DNA from: Lachnospiraceae bacterium
GTDB lineage: Bacteria; Bacillota; Clostridia; Lachnospirales; Lachnospiraceae
Assembly (NCBI GenBank): GCA_015057505.1
Contig: SVEG01000002.1
Location: 147,910-179,909 of the forward strand
Reading direction: 5' to 3'
Length of the DNA: 32,000 nucleotides
A program made the position numbers and the translations under genes. Positions 22,251 to 31,371 of the stretch are shown in pieces; the stretch's first letter is position 1, and every line of letters starts with the position of its first letter. A model generated the notes under the pieces. It ran no database searches and was not told the origin of the DNA. It was given only the letters and a program-made list of their open reading frames with translations.

Positions 22251-25055
22251 TTATTTTTTCATTCGGTTGAGAAGCTGGGAGGTATCAAGTCTCTCCTGTG
22301 TGGGTTCTTTCTTCGCCGCCTTCTTCTCTTTCTTATCAGTTTTTTCCGAAGAACTCTTCTTACTCTTTGCAAAACCTGTCTCCGCCTTATCGGCAGTAAT
22401 CATATCCACTGCCGGAGCAGTTTTCTTAGAATTCTTACCTGACTTGGCCGCACTCTCTGCCTTCTTCTCTGCTCTCGCCTGAGCCCATGCCTTAAGCTTT
22501 GCTATCGGCAGATACTCAAGCAGATTGATGCGGAAACGTCTGATTGCTATGTCCGCGATAAAAAGTATCGCCGCCAGAACAAGTAGAAACGTTCCAAGCT
22601 CTGTTCTCTGTTTAACCATATCAAGTTCTTCATCAAAAACTTCATTTGCGACGGTAATCATATTACCGCCGACCGCTTTTGTATATTCCTCCAGAACTGT
22701 GGTTTCCTCATAAAAACGATACTCAAGCGAATACTGCATCATCGTTGCAGTATTAATGCTTCCGATAGTCTCGCCGTTCTCCTTCTGCTGAAGATTGATG
22801 CTGTAAACTCCCGTACCCTCCATCTCAAAGTCCGTCGTATATACGCCGGGCGTTACAGGGTCAAGCGTTACAACCTTGGACTGACCGTTATCATCGTAAA
22901 TTGTAGCCTGAACGCTAGTTGATGCGTTAAAATCTTCCGTCACAAATTTTATCGTGGCAGTCTTGCCGTTTTGCTCAACCTCGGCATACGCACCGTCCAT
23001 TCCCATGTCTGTAGTTATATACTGTATAAGATTATACCACAATCTTGATGTTTTGTCCCATCCTGCCCAGTTGGCAGACCAATTATTTTTTACATCGGAG
23101 GTCCATGCAACAGTTTTACCAAGTCCGTACTGCCAACAGCACAAAAGCGGATCACCTTCAGAGGACTGCAAAAGCTGCGTGGCCCTTGCTTTTCTCGTCG
23201 TCGCCACATATCCAAAAAGTGACGGCAGACCGTTTTCTGCCACAGAGCTTATCATTTCGTCATTAGATGTTACAATCGGTACAAAATTACCGTCCACAAG
23301 ATAAGAGTTAACCGACAAAAATACCTCCTGCGCAAAAATACGCGGGATATCCGAATCTATATCCGTATAATAAAAACGTCCGCCGCATTCCTCGGCAAGC
23401 ATGTTAAGAAGTGTCTGGTTACATCCCTGTCCTACCGCTACCGTTGAAAGTGTAATCTGACCGTTATTAATTCTGTTAATAACCTTGGGATAATTATTAT
23501 ATGTGTCCTGTCCGTCGGTAAGCAAAATAATATGCTTTACCTTGGCAGGATTTTTCTCAAGTGAAACTGTTGCCGCTTCAAGTGCCGGATATATCGAAGT
23601 TCCGCCACCAAGCTCTATTGAATATATTGCATCCTCGATTGCCCCACGGTCAGATGCCTTTTGAAGCTTAACTATCTCCTGATAACCGTCATCAAATGCC
23701 ACTACACCTATATAATCCGTATCTCTTAAGTTATCAAGTGCCGCTGCCGCCGCCTGCTTTGCAAGGTCGAGATTCGTTATTACACCATTGCCGTCCGACA
23801 TACTTCCCGACTTATCAATTACCATCATAATCGCCATCGTCGGAATCTCGTTTTCGCCCTGAAGGTCCATATCTACGGGAAGCACTGTTTCAAGTGCCGT
23901 ATCCTTATAATTACCGAGTGCATAACTGTTGTTACCTCCCGTAGTTATAAAGCCTCCGCCGTAATCCTTTACATAGGCCTCAATATTCTCCATAAAGCCT
24001 TCTCGCAAATCATCGGCATATACATTTACAAAAACAATTCCAGCGTACTGGTTCATCTCTGAAAGGCTTCCCGGAGCCGTCACCGGCTGTACAACCTGAT
24101 AGCGCACCTGAATACTGTCCAGCACCTTTACAAATTCCGAAGACTCTCCTGCCGTTCCTTCTACAATAAGAATCGGCTTACGTGTAGAAATATTGGTATA
24201 CGCGAGATACTCATTATTGGCAGTTATTGTATCTTCCTCTGCATCCACCTGTACACGATATGTCTTTAAGCCTTCCTCCGACTGAGTATCCTTAAATACA
24301 AAAGTATTAACGCCCTTTTGCAGATTTACCTTCTGCTGTCCTTTAAGGGTTCTTCCTGAATACAAGCTGACTGTTGCCGGACTTGCCACGTTACTTTCAA
24401 TCTTAACCGTAATTGTAAAGTTCTCACCTGTTCCGACACTGTCAGGAACGGAAATATCGCTTACACACACTTCGGCACTGCTTCCCGTCTCCATTTTTAC
24501 TACCTCGACAAGACATTTGGAAGTTGCAACCGAAGAAATCGTATTTTTAAGATTGCCTTCATTCTCAACACCGTCCGTCAAAAGCACGATACGTTTTGCC
24601 GAATCCTCCGGCATCATCGCAAGTGCCATCGTAACCGCACCTTCAAGATTGGTCGCGGTCTTCGTGACATCAGTCTGAAATTCTGAAAAGGTTATCTCTT
24701 CAGACACAAACTGCTCTACCTTTGCATCGCTTCCGAACGCCACAACACCGATGCTGTCATCGCCCGATTTTTCCTTAATTGCATCATTTACAAAGTGAAG
24801 CAGTTCGTCTCCGTTTTCCTTCATGCTGTCCGATATATCAAGCAGGAAAACTGTAGATACTGCACTGCCTTTCCACTTCATGCTTACACCGCTGAGCGCC
24901 AAAATAAGAAGCATAGCAATAAGTGCACGCACACTAATCTGCAAAACTCTGTGTGCCTTGTTTTTAACAAACATATATTTTGCAGAGAATATTAACAAAC
25001 CGATAACTATCGGTATTCCTATCAAAACTAAAGGTCTGGAAAATTCTATGTTCAT
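22251..25055 (-). CDS. Large membrane-anchored protein with two von Willebrand factor A domains, a GATase1-like middle domain and a Lys-rich C-terminal tail (BatB-like), 934 aa
   Basis: N-terminal TM pair like the BatA N-terminal domain. MIDAS motifs VFLLDISDSM and MMVIDKSGSM. The middle segment ILIVEGTAGES...GGGFITTGG resembles the DUF1355/class-I amidotransferase-like fold. A C-terminal TM is followed by a KKxxKK-rich tail. Confidence 0.75.
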   Translation of the reverse strand: MNIEFSRPLVLIGIPIVIGLLIFSAKYMFVKNKAHRVLQISVRALIAMLLILALSGVSMKWKGSAVSTVFLLDISDSMKENGDELLHFVNDAIKEKSGDDSIGVVAFGSDAKVEQFVSEEITFSEFQTDVTKTATNLEGAVTMALAMMPEDSAKRIVLLTDGVENEGNLKNTISSVATSKCLVEVVKMETGSSAEVCVSDISVPDSVGTGENFTITVKIESNVASPATVSLYSGRTLKGQQKVNLQKGVNTFVFKDTQSEEGLKTYRVQVDAEEDTITANNEYLAYTNISTRKPILIVEGTAGESSEFVKVLDSIQVRYQVVQPVTAPGSLSEMNQYAGIVFVNVYADDLREGFMENIEAYVKDYGGGFITTGGNNSYALGNYKDTALETVLPVDMDLQGENEIPTMAIMMVIDKSGSMSDGNGVITNLDLAKQAAAAALDNLRDTDYIGVVAFDDGYQEIVKLQKASDRGAIEDAIYSIELGGGTSIYPALEAATVSLEKNPAKVKHIILLTDGQDTYNNYPKVINRINNGQITLSTVAVGQGCNQTLLNMLAEECGGRFYYTDIDSDIPRIFAQEVFLSVNSYLVDGNFVPIVTSNDEMISSVAENGLPSLFGYVATTRKARATQLLQSSEGDPLLCCWQYGLGKTVAWTSDVKNNWSANWAGWDKTSRLWYNLIQYITTDMGMDGAYAEVEQNGKTATIKFVTEDFNASTSVQATIYDDNGQSKVVTLDPVTPGVYTTDFEMEGTGVYSINLQQKENGETIGSINTATMMQYSLEYRFYEETTVLEEYTKAVGGNMITVANEVFDEELDMVKQRTELGTFLLVLAAILFIADIAIRRFRINLLEYLPIAKLKAWAQARAEKKAESAAKSGKNSKKTAPAVDMITADKAETGFAKSKKSSSEKTDKKEKKAAKKEPTQERLDTSQLLNRMKK

Positions 25056-25074
25056 ACCCTTCTCTTTTCCGGCA

Positions 25075-26886
25075 TTATCTTCTGATGTACACTATCCATT
25101 CAATGCACAAAAGAATCAGTGCCAATATAATTATTACATTACGCAAGTTAAGCGATGAGTTAACCGTAGCCTGCACAACCGATGTCCCTGCCTCCAAGCT
25201 GCCACCCGGAGTGTTCTGTATGAAGCTTTCGTTTTTAGGGAAATTAACCGCAAAAACTTCCGAAAGCTTCTCACCGTCCGCATTCTGCTCCACCTCATAC
25301 ACACCGGTTTCATTAGTACCTGTATAATTTACTATCGTTCCGACAAGCTCCTCATTCTTGCCGTCAGGACGCTCTATAACAGGTTTTGCCCCGTCTATCT
25401 TACCGCTTACCTTTATTGCACTTCCGGCATTTACAACAGAGGCTGAAAGCATACCTGTGCTAACGCACTCATTCATAATATTGTAAATAAGTATCGGGAA
25501 TTCTGATTTAAGCGGAAGCTCCGTATCATGAAAATCCATACCGAGCACACATACCTGCTGTGTCCCGTAAGTTCCGATAAAGCCCGCACTGAAATTACCT
25601 GCCGTAAGGAAGCTGTCAGCCCAGCCCGGGACTTCCATGGCCTTGACCTTGCTTGCGCCAAAGCTGTAATCCTCAAGATACTTTGTAACCTTGCTGTCCT
25701 TAACCTTTAAAAGTATTCCTTCCAGTGTGTCCGCAACCGTATAAAGCTCCGGACATTCACAGTTTATAAATAGCATACTGCCATTCTTCGGAAGCTCCGC
25801 AGGAACCATTCCGTCAAAAACATACAAGTCATACTCCTGACTCAAAAAATCTTTAAATCCGTCTATGTCATTGGACTTGGTAACTTTTACCCCATCCATA
25901 AGCGCCATCGCTTTTTCAAGATAAAGGTTCTGCTCCGTCATAAGAAGCACGTTACACTCGGATGCCTCTGTAATTACATCATAGCATCCGTTATCAAGAG
26001 TAAGTGCGTCCTTCACGTCATGAAGCTCTGCATAAATAACCTTACCGTCAAATGCAAGATTTTCAAAATATACTATCTCACTGTCGCCCGAAGGAATCGT
26101 AACCTCCTTAACGGCAAGCATCTCATCATCACCGTAAAGATTGATATCCGTCTTAAGCTCCTTACTTCCAAAGTTAGAAACCTTCGCAAGAACCGTAAGC
26201 ATTCCCTCGCTGTCCGTACCGTGACCGACATACTCCACCACAGCATTATCCTGCTCTGAGTAAACATCAACGATATAACCGCCCGTAGTTTTACAGGATA
26301 CATATGTATCCGTAAAATATACTACCTCTGCCGACTCCCACTGCGCTATCATGGACTCTGCCATTTCCATACCAAACGAGCAGTCACCCATGTAGTTTGT
26401 GGCCTCTATCGCATTTAAACGCCTTTTTGCGAGACTTTTATCAACAGAGTCTGTAAGTACAAGCACCGCCTCTTTATCGCTCGTAATAATCGAAATCGAC
26501 GTATCTCCGGGCAATTTATCAACATAATCAATTGCCTCTGACACCGCAACTTCCATCCTTGTATGTCCGTCGTCATATTTTGTATTCATACTGCCGCTCG
26601 TATCAAGCACAAGCACAACATGTCCCGCACTCGTTGTCTCCGACTTGATATACGGCGACATAAGCGCAAAAATAAGTATAAGTACCGTTGCAATTTGCAA
26701 ATACATAAGGAGATTTTTCTTGAGCTTCTCCCAAGGAGTATTTGCCTGCATGTTCTTATACATTTCCTTCCACAAGAAAAGCGACGAAAACGGATGGTCC
26801 ACCGCTTTTTGCTTAAGAAGGTACATTATTATGATAATAGGTATTAAAACCAGCAATGCCAAAGGCCATAAATATAAAAATTTCAT
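25075..26886 (-). CDS. BatA-like membrane protein with a VWA domain, 603 aa
   Basis: Aerotolerance-regulator-type N-terminus MKFLYLWPLALLVLIPIIIIMYLL...PFSSLFLW. MIDAS motif VLVLDTSGSM. C-terminal TM. AGGAGAA RBS. Confidence 0.75.
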   Translation of the reverse strand: MKFLYLWPLALLVLIPIIIIMYLLKQKAVDHPFSSLFLWKEMYKNMQANTPWEKLKKNLLMYLQIATVLILIFALMSPYIKSETTSAGHVVLVLDTSGSMNTKYDDGHTRMEVAVSEAIDYVDKLPGDTSISIITSDKEAVLVLTDSVDKSLAKRRLNAIEATNYMGDCSFGMEMAESMIAQWESAEVVYFTDTYVSCKTTGGYIVDVYSEQDNAVVEYVGHGTDSEGMLTVLAKVSNFGSKELKTDINLYGDDEMLAVKEVTIPSGDSEIVYFENLAFDGKVIYAELHDVKDALTLDNGCYDVITEASECNVLLMTEQNLYLEKAMALMDGVKVTKSNDIDGFKDFLSQEYDLYVFDGMVPAELPKNGSMLFINCECPELYTVADTLEGILLKVKDSKVTKYLEDYSFGASKVKAMEVPGWADSFLTAGNFSAGFIGTYGTQQVCVLGMDFHDTELPLKSEFPILIYNIMNECVSTGMLSASVVNAGSAIKVSGKIDGAKPVIERPDGKNEELVGTIVNYTGTNETGVYEVEQNADGEKLSEVFAVNFPKNESFIQNTPGGSLEAGTSVVQATVNSSLNLRNVIIILALILLCIEWIVYIRR

Positions 26887-26900
26887 GGTTTTCTCCTATC

Positions 26901-27767
26901 CTATGCCAATCTTGAAAGTGTTCCGAAGAATATACTGTCGAGGCTTTCATCCGACATTACGCGAAGATAAGACGCCGCATATTTTCTCGAAACCGTATCA
27001 ATATGATTTATGAAATCATTGTAGTTACTCTTGTATTCCTTATCAAGCGCACTGCTCATAGTTATCCGCATACCGGCATTTGTCTCGCTGTCGAGAAGAT
27101 TAAGAGTTCCTTCAAGTCCCGGATTTACCTCCTCGGGCGAAAGCACCTGTATTAGAATAACCTCCTGCTTACTGAAGGTCAGGTATTTTAAAATGTCTTC
27201 AAGATTTTCGGTATAAAAATCTGAAATAACTATCGAAACGCCGCGCTGCTTGATATTGCTTCTTTTGATGCATGAAAGCAAATCTGCCTCACCATCAAAA
27301 TTAATCTGTTCGAGTCTCTCTATCGTCTTCGCAAAGGCCTGACGTCCCGTCACTCCCTTATGTACGGTAAGTCCGTTCCCCTGCATTATATTAAGAATAA
27401 GACGATCCGAGTTCTCAAGCACACAATATGAAAGTGCCGCGGCAATTCTCTGTGCGCATACTGATTTGGCCTTTTCACCGAAATCCATGGACTTGCTTCC
27501 GTCCACGAATATCCTGAAAACGCCTTCTTTTTCCTCCATAAAAAGCTTTACAAAAAGCCTGTCAAATCTGCCATAAGCATTCCAGTCAATTCTTCTGATA
27601 TCGTCACCGAGTATGTACTCGCGAAAATCCGAAAACTCTACGGAATTACCCTTGGCATTGGACTTCCTTCCGCCATTCATACCTGCGGCAAGACGCATCT
27701 TCATGGACATTCTGAAGGTATTTAATTTGTGATAAAACTCAGCATTAAAAATCTTTTCGTCTGCCAT
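26901..27767 (-). CDS. DUF58-family protein (MoxR-associated)
   Basis: Signature FREYILGDDIRRIDWNAYGRFDRLFVKLFMEEKE. 288 aa. AGGAG RBS. Confidence 0.85.
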   Translation of the reverse strand: MADEKIFNAEFYHKLNTFRMSMKMRLAAGMNGGRKSNAKGNSVEFSDFREYILGDDIRRIDWNAYGRFDRLFVKLFMEEKEGVFRIFVDGSKSMDFGEKAKSVCAQRIAAALSYCVLENSDRLILNIMQGNGLTVHKGVTGRQAFAKTIERLEQINFDGEADLLSCIKRSNIKQRGVSIVISDFYTENLEDILKYLTFSKQEVILIQVLSPEEVNPGLEGTLNLLDSETNAGMRITMSSALDKEYKSNYNDFINHIDTVSRKYAASYLRVMSDESLDSIFFGTLSRLA

Positions 27768-27836
27768 ATAACTACTACTCCTGCTCTTTTTGTACTGTCA
27801 GTGTTTACTACTGTACAGTACATAACATATTTTATC

Positions 27837-28817
27837 TTACATTTCGATGCTCTCGATTATCTTGGTGATAATCTCGTCCGTCGTAATTCCGTCAGCAAGC
27901 GCTTCAAAGCCCGGCATTATACGATGTCTGAGTGCCGGATATGCCACTGCCTTGATATCCTCGAATGCTACATTGGCTCTGCCTTCGATAAGCGCACGCG
28001 CTTTTGCCGTCTGGAAAATAGCCTGTGCAGCTCTGGGGCTCGCACCGCAGGAAACGTACTTTTTAACATAGTCGGTAGCTGTCGCAAGCTCGGGATGTGT
28101 TGCCACAACAAGCTTAAGCGCATACTCCTGTACCGCATCTGCGATAGGCATGTCTCTTATCACATTACGCATGCGGATAATATCCTCGCCGTTAATTATT
28201 GCGTTAATCTCTGTCTTTTTATTCGTTACCGTAATATCCATGATTTCCTTAAGCTCTTCAAGTGTAGGGAAATCCACATGAATCTTAAAAATAAAACGGT
28301 CAAGCTGTGCCTCAGGCAGAGGATATGTTCCCTCATTCTCGATAGGGTTCTGTGTTGCAAGAACCATGTAAGGTTCGGGCATCGGATAAGTCTGCTTTCC
28401 GACCGTAACTGTCTTCTCCTGCATCGCCTCAAGAAGCGCAGACTGTGTCTTCGGAGTCGCACGGTTAATCTCGTCCGCAAGTACGATATTTGCAAACACG
28501 GGACCGGGCTCAAACTTAAATACGTTCTGTCCGTCTTCCTTTACGATAAGGTTCGTACCTGTAACGTCCGCAGGCATAAGGTCAGGCGTAAACTGAATTC
28601 TTGAAAACTGAATATCAAAAACCTTCGCTATTGTTTTTACAAGCTGTGTCTTACCAAGACCGGGCACACCTTCAAGGAGTACGTTACCATTGGTAAGCAT
28701 CGCAAGAATAACCTGTCTTATTACATCCTTCTGACCGATAATCGCCTTTCCGATTTCAGCCTCGCAGGCTTTAACTTTCTCTATTATTTCCCTTAAATCA
28801 TTTTCGTTCTGTATCAT
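27837..28817 (-). CDS. MoxR-family AAA+ ATPase
   Basis: Walker A LLEGVPGLGKT, Walker B IVLADEINRATPKTQSALLEAMQE, and ATQNPIE..GTYPLPEAQLDRF. I preferred the ATG at 28817 (AGAGGA 7 nt upstream) over the GTG at 28844. Confidence 0.9.
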   Translation of the reverse strand: MIQNENDLREIIEKVKACEAEIGKAIIGQKDVIRQVILAMLTNGNVLLEGVPGLGKTQLVKTIAKVFDIQFSRIQFTPDLMPADVTGTNLIVKEDGQNVFKFEPGPVFANIVLADEINRATPKTQSALLEAMQEKTVTVGKQTYPMPEPYMVLATQNPIENEGTYPLPEAQLDRFIFKIHVDFPTLEELKEIMDITVTNKKTEINAIINGEDIIRMRNVIRDMPIADAVQEYALKLVVATHPELATATDYVKKYVSCGASPRAAQAIFQTAKARALIEGRANVAFEDIKAVAYPALRHRIMPGFEALADGITTDEIITKIIESIEM

Positions 28818-28909
28818 TACATATCCTCTCTTTCTATACTTCACATAAGTGTTTACAAAATCTACGGCTGTGCACCGATTAATATGTTATAATTTAAATC
28901 CTCAAATTA

Positions 28910-29965
28910 CTATACTCTTTTACATTTTATACTTTTGCTTGGTATAACTTTATAATACATAAAAAGCTCAACAGCCAAACTCTCCGCGTAATCTGCGGGA
29001 ACTGCCTCCAGCGCGCAAGCCCTGTTCCGAAGGCCCATCGGACCGACCTTCTTATCGGAAGAAAACATCATTATCGTACTGCTGTTACTGCTTTCATGTT
29101 TTCGTCTCAGATAATCACTTGCATAAAACTGTACCTGATAATCCTTGTTACTTTCATATTCAATAAGCGGAATCACATAACCCTTGGGGCATGTCGCCTC
29201 CAGTGCTTTAAGATGCATCTCCTTCATATCCCGAAGCTGTTCCTCGCTAAACTGCTTATATCTCGGGTCATCAAAGCGTGTCTTTTCCTGCTCCCACGCA
29301 TCATAAAGTGTTACTCCGCTAATATAAATCTCTGCACCTTCATCTCCCGGAAGTGTCACGGTTCTTAGCTTCTTATATTCGCCAAGCTTCAAGGTCAGAC
29401 GCTTATGCACCGGTATCGGTATATGCTGTACATCAATACGTACCGTTACCTCGATATTCTCCTTTTCTGTCGGAAAACTCCAGCGAAATTCCGGTTCTTT
29501 ATCGTCATAAGGCCCACCGTTTTCCTTCTCGTATAACTCATATTCATTAATGCAAAGCCTCTCAAAAGATACATGCTCCAGTTCTCCGAGCATCACTCCC
29601 TTTTGCAAAAGATAGAAAAGCAATACCTTCCTATCATCATTCCAGTTCTCGTCGACACGTGAGCCTGTTGCCGAAGATGTACATAGTTCCTGGCCGTCAA
29701 TTACTATTTCCCTGATAAACTTAGGCGCTCTGCCTTTAAAGCTTTCCTTATGCATCTCTCTGTTAGTACGGTTTATGCGGAATCGTCGCCTTTTATGCTC
29801 GTCCTCTTCCTCTGAAACTGCCGAAATCTCCCACATATAAAGCTTGCCCTTTTTTCGCGCAATCATTGCAAGTACATGGTAATCTTTGTCTGTTCCGTAG
29901 CTGACGTTTAAAATCAGTTCCTCTTCTAACTTCGGCAGGTATTTTCTAAATAATGCTGCGTTCAT
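28910..29965 (-). CDS. Hypothetical protein, 351 aa, translationally coupled to the upstream radical SAM gene
   Basis: The ATG at 29965 lies 1 nt after the radical SAM stop (TAAAATG), with GAGGGGAAG just upstream. No motif recognised. The ORF-track start at 30049 would overlap the radical SAM gene by 83 nt. Confidence 0.6.
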   Translation of the reverse strand: MNAALFRKYLPKLEEELILNVSYGTDKDYHVLAMIARKKGKLYMWEISAVSEEEDEHKRRRFRINRTNREMHKESFKGRAPKFIREIVIDGQELCTSSATGSRVDENWNDDRKVLLFYLLQKGVMLGELEHVSFERLCINEYELYEKENGGPYDDKEPEFRWSFPTEKENIEVTVRIDVQHIPIPVHKRLTLKLGEYKKLRTVTLPGDEGAEIYISGVTLYDAWEQEKTRFDDPRYKQFSEEQLRDMKEMHLKALEATCPKGYVIPLIEYESNKDYQVQFYASDYLRRKHESSNSSTIMMFSSDKKVGPMGLRNRACALEAVPADYAESLAVELFMYYKVIPSKSIKCKRV

Positions 29966-29966
29966 T

Positions 29967-30722
29967 TTACTTCCCCTCGTACTTTTCAATAATATCCAAA
30001 ATATCTTCCCTGCATATATTACCCTGCAAAACATCACCGTTTGGTTCAACAGATATTGCCCTTACATCCTCCGGGTCCTCTTCATAGGGATTTAAATACT
30101 CCTTATCCGGATCAAAATACTCTTTCAAAAACTTTAGTGCATTGCCGCTCGGGAAAATCACATTACCCTCCGCGACCTCTATGCCTATATCCTCAAACAT
30201 CTTTGTAAGCTCTTTTGTTCTGCAGTTAAAAGGGTTATCTGCATCCTCGCTTACAAGCCACGCGGGATTCAGTCTAACAGGAACACCCGTGGCTTTAACA
30301 GCCTTTGCAAAGGTAAGCACCGGCTCTACCGGTATCGTCTCCTGATGAAAAGCATCCACCGACAAAAGCAGATTATTTACTCCGCTGTCCGCAAGCCTTG
30401 TAGCAACGTCCCGGATAACTTTTTCGTCCTTACTAAAAAAACCGTTCGTTATAAGCTGTCGTTTCGGAATGTTCATTTCTTTCGCTGCACTATGTATCTT
30501 ACATACCGCGTCCGGGTACAAAAGCGGTTCACCGCCAAAAGTCATCAGCGAATCCATCTTGTACTGCCCCGCAAGCCTCTTCACCGCCTGCGCCGCTACG
30601 TCGCCGTCAATGTGCTCACTAAAGCCTGTATGCTCGCCCTCCGAACAATGCTTACACTTGCCCGTGCAGGCAAGTGTAACTACGAATTCTATTCTGTTTA
30701 AGTTCTTAATGTACTTATTCAA
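29967..30722 (-). CDS. Small radical SAM enzyme, 251 aa, subfamily not assignable
   Basis: CxxxCxxC as CTGKCKHC near the N-terminus. GGEPLL motif (TFGGEPLLYP) and ITNG. No SPASM-type C-terminal Cys cluster. Confidence 0.75.
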   Translation of the reverse strand: MNKYIKNLNRIEFVVTLACTGKCKHCSEGEHTGFSEHIDGDVAAQAVKRLAGQYKMDSLMTFGGEPLLYPDAVCKIHSAAKEMNIPKRQLITNGFFSKDEKVIRDVATRLADSGVNNLLLSVDAFHQETIPVEPVLTFAKAVKATGVPVRLNPAWLVSEDADNPFNCRTKELTKMFEDIGIEVAEGNVIFPSGNALKFLKEYFDPDKEYLNPYEEDPEDVRAISVEPNGDVLQGNICREDILDIIEKYEGK

Positions 30723-30746
30723 ATTATTATCCTCTTATGTGTTATG

Positions 30747-31253
30747 TTAACAATTTACTTTTCCGAGAACACATACCTTGTCTTTTTGCTCGTCGTAGAG
30801 AATTTTTACTCTTTTGTTATCGTAATCGCGCTTATCAAATACCGGAAATACTCCGTCAGACCATAATGCCCTCGTCTTGGTTGTAATCGTTTGATTATTC
30901 TTTGTTGTAAAGGTTACTATGTAGCGATAAGCACGTCCGCCTCTTCCGCCCTGAAACTTTACCCACTTGGGTGTATCCAAAACCACTTCATATACATCAT
31001 AATTTTTATAATTGTTAACTATACTTCTGTACTTGCAAAAACAGCATATACACGGTATAGCAAAAAATATCAAAAACATCACACCCGGAACTGTCGCAGA
31101 AATAAAGCCCTTCATGATATTTTCCCGATACTGTATCATAATTGAAATATACGTGAACAACTCAGCTATCGCAAGAAAAATCAATCCAACCTTAATAGTC
31201 TTTCTTATAAACACACAGTCCAATGTCTTTTTTACATCTTCCTTAGTAACCAT
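30747..31253 (-). CDS. Hypothetical membrane protein, 168 aa (two TM helices plus a beta-rich C-terminal domain, DUF3592-like shape)
   Basis: Hydrophobic helices VGLIFLAIAELFTYISIMI and GVMFLIFFAIPCICCFC. GGAGGGGGAG RBS. 24 nt upstream of the radical SAM gene. Confidence 0.55.
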   Translation of the reverse strand: MVTKEDVKKTLDCVFIRKTIKVGLIFLAIAELFTYISIMIQYRENIMKGFISATVPGVMFLIFFAIPCICCFCKYRSIVNNYKNYDVYEVVLDTPKWVKFQGGRGGRAYRYIVTFTTKNNQTITTKTRALWSDGVFPVFDKRDYDNKRVKILYDEQKDKVCVLGKVNC

Positions 31254-31371
31254 TACTCTCCCCCTCCGAGAAACTTATTACTTAATTCTCCTCATTTTTC
31301 TTTTTAAAACGAGCAATACAGGCAATTACACTACTTACATAATAGAATGTTATAGAATAAGAAACTCCAAT

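Noticed and set aside
27729-28604. 291-aa plus-strand ORF antisense to the MoxR gene, together with similar antisense ORFs at 20143-20694, 20687-21076, 12060-12404 and 4682-5041
   Set aside because: These are shadow ORFs opposite strongly supported genes. They are Cys/Arg/Leu-rich and have no RBS or recognisable motif.
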